A stretch of DNA of 16,821 nt, taken from assembly GCA_018238625.1 (NCBI GenBank), contig JABCSY010000091.1:1-16821 (forward strand), given 5' to 3'. Both the position numbers and the translations under genes were made by a program. Below, one piece after another: positions 8,720 to 16,453 of the stretch (position 1 is its first letter; each line of letters starts with the position of its first letter). Below the pieces are notes generated by a model that was not told the DNA's origin, did no database searches, and worked only from the letters and a program-made list of their open reading frames with translations. The DNA comes from Promethearchaeota archaeon (lineage in GTDB: Archaea > Asgardarchaeota > Lokiarchaeia > Sigyniarchaeales > SOKP01).

Positions 8720-9658
8720 ATGAATTTAATGGCAAATTATTATAATAATATAGTTGAAGCAATTGGGAAAACGCCCTTAGTGAAATTAAACAGAATCACC
8801 GGAAGCGTTAAGCCAAATGTATTTGTAAAATTGGAGTTTTTTAATCCCGGAGGTAGCGTTAAAGATAGAATTGGAATGAACATGATACAGAAAGCAGAAG
8901 AGGAAGGTCTTATTAATAAAGATATAACCATTGTAGAGCCTACTTCTGGAAATACTGGCATTGGTTTAGCGCTCGTGTGTGCGTCAAAAGGATATAAAAT
9001 AATTTTAGTAATGCCCGAAAGCGTAACTATCGAGAGAGTCCAAATTCTTAAAGCTTATGGTGCTGAAGTGGTTTTAACACCAAAAGAAGGCGGTATGAAA
9101 GGATCGATTTCAAAAGCGGAAGAAATAGCTAAAGTAAAAGGAAAAGTTTTCATCCCTCAACAATTTAAAAACCTAGCAAACCCAGATGTACACCGAAAAA
9201 CTACGGCTTTAGAGATATTTAACGATTTAGCCGGCCAAGTGGATGGGTTTGTTGCTGGAATAGGGACTGGGGGAACAATAACAGGTGTCGGTGAGGTATT
9301 AAAAGATAGGGTTGGTGCGAGAATGAAGGTTTACGCAGTAGAACCTAAAGAATCTGCGATCCTATCAGGTGAGAAACCAGGACCTCATAAAATCCAGGGT
9401 ATAGGGGCCGGGTTTATCCCCGAAGTGCTAAACGTCAAAATTTACGACAAAATTATAACGGTTGACTACAATGATGCCATCGAGACGGCTAGAAAATTAG
9501 CTAAAATGGAGGGCATATTCGTTGGAATTTCAGCAGGAGCTTGCGCATGGGCAACAATTCACGAAGCTTCAAAAGACTTCGTAGAAGGGGAAAATATCGT
9601 GGCACTCTTACCTGACGGAGGAGAAAAATATCTCTCAACAGAATTGTATCGCTTTTAA
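8720..9658 (+). CDS. cysK: Cysteine synthase A (O-acetylserine sulfhydrylase, PLP-dependent)
   Basis: IGKTPLV, NPGGSVKDR (PLP lysine), EPTSGNTGIGLA, QQFKNLAN, GIGTGGT, HKIQGIGAGFIP, PDGGEKYLST. The true start may be ATG at 8729. Confidence 0.97.
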   Translation: MNLMANYYNNIVEAIGKTPLVKLNRITGSVKPNVFVKLEFFNPGGSVKDRIGMNMIQKAEEEGLINKDITIVEPTSGNTGIGLALVCASKGYKIILVMPESVTIERVQILKAYGAEVVLTPKEGGMKGSISKAEEIAKVKGKVFIPQQFKNLANPDVHRKTTALEIFNDLAGQVDGFVAGIGTGGTITGVGEVLKDRVGARMKVYAVEPKESAILSGEKPGPHKIQGIGAGFIPEVLNVKIYDKIITVDYNDAIETARKLAKMEGIFVGISAGACAWATIHEASKDFVEGENIVALLPDGGEKYLSTELYRF

Positions 9659-9704
9659 GTAAAAATCCTAAATAAAAATATAAAAATAGTTAAAAAATTT
9701 AATT

Positions 9705-10601
9705 CTATTCTATTAACGCTGTTTCTATCAATAAGATATCGTAAATTTTTTTCCAATATTCCTCGATGTTCCAATTCAATTTATTTTTAATCTTATCAGA
9801 TAAATCAGTAAACACGTCTTTAATCTTTAAAGTGTGAAAATAGTTAATTAATGGCGCGATAACTGCAATCATATATTGTTTTTCTCCAAATCTTTCTTCT
9901 TTATCAGGATACGAATCAAAAAAAAGATATCCACGGCTATTTAGATTGTCAATATTTAATAACACACCTTCAGCTTTAGTGATTTTGTCGTGGCCATAAA
10001 TGGAAGTTGCTACAGAAAACAATTGGTTTGAAATGTCGTTTAAGGATATGGAAAAGTCTTTTTCTTCTGGGTAATAACAATTTAATTCGGGGCCAAACTT
10101 GTCGTCCCAAAACGTTAGCAATAAGCAAATAAATTCTCCTTGCTCACTAGTAGCTGGCATCTTCATTTCAATATTCATAGTTGAAAAGACTTCGTCGATT
10201 TTGTTGTTTAAAGTCTTTACTCTGTTAATACGTGCTATTCTGCCAGATATTATAGCTAACAAGTCTTTCTCGTCAAAAGGTTTTGTTAAATAATCGTCTA
10301 CTCCTAGCAACTTTCCAAGCCTTATATCTTTAGGAGTAGTGCGAGCGGAAAGAAACACGAAAGGAATTCGATTCCATCGTGGTTCGTTGGATATCGCTCT
10401 AAAGAATTCATAACCATCCATTTCAGGCATCATTATATCGCTAATAATAATATCAGGAACTTGTTCGAGTTCCGAAAGAATTTTTAGAGCTACTTTTCCG
10501 TTTTTCGCTGTAATTGTTTTATAATTGTTCGATTCTAACATTAAATTTAAATTGTACAACAAATCAACGTTATCCTCAACAACCAGAATTAGAGGTTTCA
10601 A
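9705..10601 (-). CDS. Response regulator: N-terminal REC domain plus putative C-terminal longin/uDENN-like output domain
   Basis: Intact REC: VVED, phospho-acceptor D55 (SDIMMPEMDG), FLSA, K107 (YLTKPF). The C-terminal domain starts LLLTFWDDKFGPELNCYYP, resembling the longin/uDENN beta1-beta2 pattern F-D-x3-GP-x5-YP. The REC call is secure; the output-domain call is pattern-based. Confidence 0.9.
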   Translation of the reverse strand: MKPLILVVEDNVDLLYNLNLMLESNNYKTITAKNGKVALKILSELEQVPDIIISDIMMPEMDGYEFFRAISNEPRWNRIPFVFLSARTTPKDIRLGKLLGVDDYLTKPFDEKDLLAIISGRIARINRVKTLNNKIDEVFSTMNIEMKMPATSEQGEFICLLLTFWDDKFGPELNCYYPEEKDFSISLNDISNQLFSVATSIYGHDKITKAEGVLLNIDNLNSRGYLFFDSYPDKEERFGEKQYMIAVIAPLINYFHTLKIKDVFTDLSDKIKNKLNWNIEEYWKKIYDILLIETALIE

Positions 10602-10665
10602 ATCAAATCTGACTGAATTTGCGTTTTTTTAGTTATCTATTAGGATAGAATAAGAAGAAATTAGC

Positions 10666-12885
10666 TTATAATCTTTTTTCTATTATTGGTAGAAAAATAG
10701 AGAAAGTTGATCCTTTACCATATTCGCTTTGAGCCCATACGTCACCATCGTGAAGTTTTACTAGCTCTTTCGCGATAGGTAATCCTAATCCTGAGCCAGG
10801 AATATCGCTTACTTGTTCAGATCTAAAAAATCTTTGAAAAATTAGTGGTAAATCTTCTTCCGAAATTCCTATTCCATAATCATTGATCTGGAACAAAACA
10901 CCATCTTTTTCATCTATGTTGTGTTTCCCTTTGTAATGATTAGTGGCTCTAATCTCTATATTATTATTCTGCTTTGAATATTTTATGGCGTTATCGATAA
11001 TAATACGGAAAATTTGGTCAATTTTCGTTGTATCCCCATATAATTTAATGTTTTTATCTACATCTACGCTAAAAGTAATATTTTTCTCATTTCCAATAGG
11101 CTCCATTAAAGTTAATATGTCATCAATAATCGTGAGTGGATTATATTCGACCCACTTTAATTTAGTTTTACGCTCGTCTATTTTTGATAGCGTCAAAATA
11201 TCGTCTACTAATTCTTTTAGAAGATAAATGTTTCTTTTGATTCCTTCTTCTAATTTTTTAATTATGTCTGGAGTAACAGAATCAGAATGATTATCTAAAA
11301 AATCAAGCGACATAATTAAAACCGAAATTGGAGTTCGTAATTCATGCGATACTGTTGACACAAAGCGTTCCAAACTTCCTTCAGCTTCTTTCCGAGCTGT
11401 TATATTCATGCCATAAATATTTGCATATCCCCTATCTTTCATTGGTACAATGAAAAGAGTGTAAATTTGATCTTTAATGTTCAACTCTATTTCTAAATCT
11501 AGGTTCTCAGAAAAAGACTTATTAACGTGTTCCCGTAAAACCTTAGGGATTTTACTCCCTTCTCCGATTAAGAATAACTCTTGACTCGCTTTATTTGCCA
11601 AAAGAATGTATTTGTTACTTACTCTTAACACGGGGTTAGGATTTTCTGATGGAAACCTTGCCATATCCGCAATTTTTTCTTGCGCGATCTTACGCTCAGT
11701 AATATTAGTATAATTTTGTATAATTCCAATGAATTCGCCATTTGTGTTTTTATGGGGAACTGTTCTTACAAGACTAACAATTGTAGTATCGTCATCGAAT
11801 TTTGTAACTAATTCGTATTCAAAATGACCTTTTCCTTCTTGTATTTGATTCCTCGAACATATTTCTGTATGACATCGATGTTCGTACCCTAATTGAAGGT
11901 CGTAACATTTTTTACCAATAAGGTCTTCTTTGGATAAGCGGAAAAGAGAAGAGTATGTCTCGTTAACGCGCACGATTTCGCAATCATTGCTGATTACCCT
12001 CAATGGTAGAGATGCGTTGAAGATTTGGCTAAATTCAGAGTACGCTTGTTCTAATTGGTCCGCTTTTTCAATCGAAGATTCCTCGCTCAACTTCAACTTC
12101 CTAAATAATAAATCAAAGGGGGTTTCTATGCCCAATTCGATTACTGCCTTGTAGACAAAGAAAAAGGCAATTATTTTAAAAATGTGACCAATAAAATTTG
12201 AGAAGCCAAATACACTAATATAGAAAGTAAACGCCAATTCTGAAATCATTGTAGCAATAATGGATATAACAATTAAAAGAAATATTTTCTGAGCAAACTC
12301 GTCTTTATGCTTGTATAGCACTATTAGTGTAACTAAAAGAATTGCATCAATTACGTATTCACTAATTATTTTAAAAGGAGTTAGCCCCGAACCTTCGATA
12401 TAACATACAGGGAAGAAACCCTGAAATATGGTGGTTAATAAAATAAGAATTGCAATGATATAGCTTACGAATAAATAATTAGCACTAATCTTTTTTTTGA
12501 TGACCATGGAAGCAAATAAAAAGGAGAGCGCTTGCCAATATCGGGCTACAATCCACAATTGCGTTGGAAGATTCGCGTCATATTCAAGGAATACGCCCAT
12601 TCCTGAGTAAGCTAAGGTGTGAAGTAAATCTATTACACTTACGAAGAGAAAAGAGACGCCTAACACCAAAAAGAAGGAACTATTCATGTATTTTCTTGAG
12701 TGCCAGCCAATAAGAAAAACTCCTCCTGAAATAACAACACTGATTACTTCTATAATCGAATGAAAAAGTAAGAAACTGTAGAGACTTGCTAAATAAGTAA
12801 GAAATAACCCTACAATTAATATTGCATATTCAATCGACTCACGCCGACTTATCGATGCTTCTGAATCGTTCTCATTGTCAAGCAA
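10666..12885 (-). CDS. Membrane sensor histidine kinase (MASE3, PAS, short PAS-like, HisKA, HATPase_c)
   Basis: About 7-8 hydrophobic helices with MASE3-type motifs LLFHSIIE, IDLLHTLAYSGM, NLPTQLWIVARY, GHIFKIIAF; PAS ending NITERK; H-box STVSHELRTPI; IIDNAIKY, DYGIG, GSGLGL. Confidence 0.93.
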   Translation of the reverse strand: MLDNENDSEASISRRESIEYAILIVGLFLTYLASLYSFLLFHSIIEVISVVISGGVFLIGWHSRKYMNSSFFLVLGVSFLFVSVIDLLHTLAYSGMGVFLEYDANLPTQLWIVARYWQALSFLFASMVIKKKISANYLFVSYIIAILILLTTIFQGFFPVCYIEGSGLTPFKIISEYVIDAILLVTLIVLYKHKDEFAQKIFLLIVISIIATMISELAFTFYISVFGFSNFIGHIFKIIAFFFVYKAVIELGIETPFDLLFRKLKLSEESSIEKADQLEQAYSEFSQIFNASLPLRVISNDCEIVRVNETYSSLFRLSKEDLIGKKCYDLQLGYEHRCHTEICSRNQIQEGKGHFEYELVTKFDDDTTIVSLVRTVPHKNTNGEFIGIIQNYTNITERKIAQEKIADMARFPSENPNPVLRVSNKYILLANKASQELFLIGEGSKIPKVLREHVNKSFSENLDLEIELNIKDQIYTLFIVPMKDRGYANIYGMNITARKEAEGSLERFVSTVSHELRTPISVLIMSLDFLDNHSDSVTPDIIKKLEEGIKRNIYLLKELVDDILTLSKIDERKTKLKWVEYNPLTIIDDILTLMEPIGNEKNITFSVDVDKNIKLYGDTTKIDQIFRIIIDNAIKYSKQNNNIEIRATNHYKGKHNIDEKDGVLFQINDYGIGISEEDLPLIFQRFFRSEQVSDIPGSGLGLPIAKELVKLHDGDVWAQSEYGKGSTFSIFLPIIEKRL

Positions 12886-12916
12886 AATATATCCCTTCCT
12901 TTTCTTATTTTTATTT

Positions 12917-13468
12917 TTATATTCCTAATTTTTGAAAAACAGTAAATATCGATGTTTTGTAAATCTGATATGTAAAATCGTTTGGAATTACTTCTTTTAT
13001 ATTCCTGATTAATTCAGAAACCGCTTTTTCGCTAAAATCTTTATTTGTTAATTCCAAATCTGGGTCGTATTTATGTAAAAATACAGAGAAATCTACATTT
13101 ACATTATGTTTCCTTAATAGGATAACGATTTTATCTAAGTAGTCTAACGAGATATCAAATCGCTCCTGATCTTGGACGTCCAATACGTAAATGAACTTAT
13201 TGGTTTTTTTTATGTGGTTTTGAAAGTCGTTTAAATAACCTTCTCGAAATTGTTCTTGTCCACCGAAATCCCAGATGCTATATTCCGAGCCTAACGCTTG
13301 AAACTTATTAATTTTAAAGCCTCTCGTAGGATTTAATGAGGAAAACGACGAAAGATTTTTCATACCCTTCAAACATAACACAATAGATGTTTTTCCGGAA
13401 TTGTCTAACCCCATAATTAAAACTTTTTTTGCGTTAATTATTGTGTTTTCTCTCATCGCTGTATTCAT
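12917..13468 (-). CDS. Small Ras-superfamily GTPase, Arf/Rag(Gtr)-like (eukaryotic signature protein type)
   Basis: G1 GLDNSGKTS, G2 PTRG, G3 WDFGGQ, G4 HKYD, G5 TSI; 183 aa, single domain. Confidence 0.92.
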   Translation of the reverse strand: MNTAMRENTIINAKKVLIMGLDNSGKTSIVLCLKGMKNLSSFSSLNPTRGFKINKFQALGSEYSIWDFGGQEQFREGYLNDFQNHIKKTNKFIYVLDVQDQERFDISLDYLDKIVILLRKHNVNVDFSVFLHKYDPDLELTNKDFSEKAVSELIRNIKEVIPNDFTYQIYKTSIFTVFQKLGI

Positions 13469-13497
13469 TTTAATAATAAATTAAAAAAATGGATTAA

Positions 13498-13833
13498 TCA
13501 TAATAACGTATCTATAACGTCTAAATCTCTCAAATCTTTGAGCTTTTCTTGGTTGATTTTCACAACAAAAGATTTTATTTCTTCTACGAGCTTAAAGATA
13601 TTAGGATTCTTAATTTTATAGGATTTAACATTATTAATTTTATCAAAAATAATGAGGTTTTTGTTACTTAGAGCCTTTAAGTGTTGAGAAATCGTAGATT
13701 GAGACTTGTCTAATGCTGTTTGAATTTCAGAAGAAGTCTTTTTCTCATATCGTAATAAATCTAGTATATCTAACCGAGTCTGATCTGCTAAAACCCTTAA
13801 AAACTCAATAAAATCTATTTTACTTTCACTCAT
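13498..13833 (-). CDS. ArsR/SmtB-family winged-helix transcriptional regulator
   Basis: LRVLADQTRLDILDLL...SEIQTALDKSQSTISQHLKAL matches the ArsR HTH pattern; 111 aa with no Cys. Confidence 0.9.
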   Translation of the reverse strand: MSESKIDFIEFLRVLADQTRLDILDLLRYEKKTSSEIQTALDKSQSTISQHLKALSNKNLIIFDKINNVKSYKIKNPNIFKLVEEIKSFVVKINQEKLKDLRDLDVIDTLL

Positions 13834-13999
13834 TTAATAATATCCTATTGTATTTTATGTATATTGATTTTAATCGCTTTTAAAGATATTTTTAATGATT
13901 TATTAATATTAATTAAAATTTTATTAATAAAGTATCGTAACATTTATATATCGGCATATCGTTATTAACCAATATAAGTAAAAAAATTAAAAATTTAAG
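13834..13999. promoter_or_regulatory. Divergent promoter region between the ArsR cluster and the Lrp gene
   Basis: Very AT-rich 166-nt gap. TATA-like TTTATATA at 13943-13950 overlaps an imperfect inverted repeat ATATCG-N6-CGTTAT (13948-13965). A TTTAAAAG lies on the minus strand at 13877-13884. Confidence 0.55.
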
Positions 14000-14527
14000 A
14001 TGGAGATAATGGAAAGTCAAGTCTTTAAAATCGACGAAATAGACAAGAGCATAATTGAATTAATTCAAAAGGAACCTATGCTAACTCATACAGAAATCGC
14101 AAAAAGAGTCGATCGGAGCCAACCCACAATCGGTATGAGAATTCGGAAGCTTGAAAAAGCGGGAGTCTTAAAATTTCAAGCTGGTATAAATGTTAAAACC
14201 ATGGATTTAATCCTTGCACGAGTAGAAATTCAAACTTTAGAACCAAACGAATTAATAGAATTAGTTAAAAGATGTCCATATATGTTAAACGCATTTCGAC
14301 TGAGTGGTACTTTTAATCTCAGCGTTCTTGTAATGGGATCTAAATTAGCTCATATTGATGAGATGGTTAACAATCATTTTAGAAAGAATTCTAAAGTCTC
14401 TTCGGTTTATATGGATATAATTACCGATGTTACAAACGATTTTGTATTGCCATTTGACTTTAATTTCGAAAGCTGTAGTTTAAATTCAAGTGGTGAATGT
14501 TGTAAAAAATGTTTTAACCTAAATTAA
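14000..14527 (+). CDS. Lrp/AsnC-family transcriptional regulator with Cys-rich C-terminal tail
   Basis: IDEIDKSIIELIQ...THTEIAKRVDRSQPTIGMRIRKLEKAGV HTH, then a RAM-like domain (FRLSGTFNL). ATG at 14009, preceded by GGAG, may be the true start. Confidence 0.9.
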   Translation: MEIMESQVFKIDEIDKSIIELIQKEPMLTHTEIAKRVDRSQPTIGMRIRKLEKAGVLKFQAGINVKTMDLILARVEIQTLEPNELIELVKRCPYMLNAFRLSGTFNLSVLVMGSKLAHIDEMVNNHFRKNSKVSSVYMDIITDVTNDFVLPFDFNFESCSLNSSGECCKKCFNLN

Positions 14528-14737
14528 TAAAATTATTATTTCTTTATTTGGATATACATCCATGCGAGCGCTGGACTAATTTTGTGATTTACAATTGATA
14601 GCTTGGATAAAATATTTTCCACTTCTTTTAGAGCATAACTCGATTGGATGGAACCTAACGGTTTGTTAATCTCTTTTAAGGGTTCAAGAACTACTATTTT
14701 ACTTATAAAAGCTAAAAACCCGTAAAATAAATTCAAT

Positions 14738-16453
14738 TCATGAAGCTGTAGGTACTCCAGGAATGAAGTAGGAATCTCTAAACCACAGGTTTCTCTGGAT
14801 GTTAACGCAAGGATTACCAACGCTTCTATGGTGGACTGCCATGACCATATCGAAAGAAACTGGTAAGGCGACGTAGAGTTCATTAACCGCTCTATCTTGA
14901 ATCTTATACAATAGCTTAGCTTTTTCTGTTGTATCTGTTTCTTGCTCGTATTCCGCTAACCATCCCATAATTTCTGGGTCGTTGAGTTGAAGGTGGTTTG
15001 CGCTAGACAAATTACTTAATAAAGGCTCAATCATGGCGAATGGGTCCAAGTAATCTGGTACATAACCGGTATACCAAATACCAAGTATATCATAATTTAT
15101 TGACCAAATATACTCCCATGGTTCAAATGGCTCAAAATCATAACCATATACATGAATACCAATTCTATCCATGTCAGCAGCAAATGCGAGATTCATTTCT
15201 ATTCCAGCACTCCATCCTGAATGTTCTAAAATATAATATGTTATAAGGTTTAGCGCGGACCAAGCGGCATCGTTAGTTGCATTCACACCCCAATCTTGAG
15301 ACGTAAGGCCAGCGGTTTCAGTAGGTCTTGCTGCCATCATTGCTTCTCTTGCGATTGTAACGTTCCAGTATGGCGCTTTAAAGGTTGCGTTGTAGTATGG
15401 GAATCCAGGCGGTAAGTATTGATGTGCTCGAATTGCGTAACCTTGACGGATGACGTCAATGAAATAGGAGTAATTGTATGCGTAGGCAATAGCTTTTCTT
15501 ACGAGAGTTTCGTTGATCTTACGATTGTTTAATCCAAAGTATCTAAAAATTGTACTTGTTCCTAAATTTACAAAAATTAAATCTGGATCAGCTATATATA
15601 AGTCAATCATAGAGGTTAGAGCTCCTCCTGCGTCTACTTCACCACCTAACAAAGCGTTGGCGGCAGCTACGCTATCGGGGTAATAAACCCAAATTACTTC
15701 GTCCCAAAAGGTGTTAGGACCCCAATACATGTCAAATCGTTTAAATCTCATTTCATAGCCTAGAAACAAATGTACGTATTCGAAAGGGCCAGTTCCAGTC
15801 AGGATATCTCTCTCGAGTTCTAAGTACTCAGTTGCGGGAGTTGAATCTGGGTGTAAAATTGCACAAGCGTCATAAGTAAGTAAAGGAACGAAAATAGCGT
15901 TTGGTGCGTTTAAGAAAAAGGTAACGTTGTATTCGCTATTAATTACAGTCTTGTTAAGGATTGATATGCCTTGCATATTGATGAATAAGCTCGCAGGATC
16001 GCAAAGACGTGAGTAATTTGGTAATGTACCGGTTGCGTTGATGAAATAGAGAATTCTGTCGAAAGTAAATTTCACTGCGGTCGCATTGAATAAAGAACCG
16101 TCGTGGAAATAAATGTTTTCCCTTAGAATAACTTCTACTTGATCTTTAGCGGTATTATATTCGTAACTCGTTGCTAAACGCATTTGGAGCGCAAAATCAG
16201 GATCGCAGAGGTCGTAGTACCATAAATTGTCGCAAACTTGTCTTATCACGTCATTAGAAACGCTATCCCATGAATCGACGGGATCCAAAACTGCAGGGGC
16301 GGAATTTTCTGAACAGGCGTATTTCAGTACGTTTAATTCTGGAGGTGATCGAACCTCTCTACCCATTATTTCTAATACGACATTGCCCACACCAGAACCG
16401 ATTAATGCTACGATAAGAACCATTATTGCGACGTTTTTCTTTTCCTTTTCCAT
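14738..16453 (-). CDS. ABC transporter substrate-binding protein, family 5 (OppA/DppA-like), N-terminally membrane-anchored
   Basis: Basic N-terminus plus hydrophobic helix; LDP, LRENIYFHDGSLFNATAVKFTFDR (SBP5 signature region), GTGPF, VRKAIAYA, YVPDYLDP. Confidence 0.92.
   Translation of the reverse strand: MEKEKKNVAIMVLIVALIGSGVGNVVLEIMGREVRSPPELNVLKYACSENSAPAVLDPVDSWDSVSNDVIRQVCDNLWYYDLCDPDFALQMRLATSYEYNTAKDQVEVILRENIYFHDGSLFNATAVKFTFDRILYFINATGTLPNYSRLCDPASLFINMQGISILNKTVINSEYNVTFFLNAPNAIFVPLLTYDACAILHPDSTPATEYLELERDILTGTGPFEYVHLFLGYEMRFKRFDMYWGPNTFWDEVIWVYYPDSVAAANALLGGEVDAGGALTSMIDLYIADPDLIFVNLGTSTIFRYFGLNNRKINETLVRKAIAYAYNYSYFIDVIRQGYAIRAHQYLPPGFPYYNATFKAPYWNVTIAREAMMAARPTETAGLTSQDWGVNATNDAAWSALNLITYYILEHSGWSAGIEMNLAFAADMDRIGIHVYGYDFEPFEPWEYIWSINYDILGIWYTGYVPDYLDPFAMIEPLLSNLSSANHLQLNDPEIMGWLAEYEQETDTTEKAKLLYKIQDRAVNELYVALPVSFDMVMAVHHRSVGNPCVNIQRNLWFRDSYFIPGVPTAS

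Noticed and set aside
8676-8722. Selenocysteine read-through or CysE-CysK fusion at the cysE TGA
   Set aside because: cysK is out of frame with cysE, and CysE already ends in its canonical Ile. The TGA stops I examined do not sit at conserved Cys positions, and I recognised no SECIS-like hairpin.
7361-8961. ORFs 7361-7576 (+) and 8740-8961 (-)
   Set aside because: Antisense to aor and cysK respectively; no recognisable motifs.
10099-12154. Plus-strand ORFs 10099-10293, 10943-11227 and 11930-12154
   Set aside because: Antisense shadows of the response regulator and the MASE3 kinase.
13902-13931. A/T-only 12-bp palindromes ATTAATATTAAT and TTTATTAATAAA
   Set aside because: Expected by chance in such AT-rich intergenic DNA; not reported as operators on their own.
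14536-14883. 115-aa minus-strand ORF overlapping the 3' end of the SBP gene
   Set aside because: Overlaps the SBP gene by 146 nt out of frame and has no recognisable motif. The SBP C-terminus looks complete, so a frameshift extension is not needed. A short ORF or remnant within 14536-14737 cannot be fully excluded.
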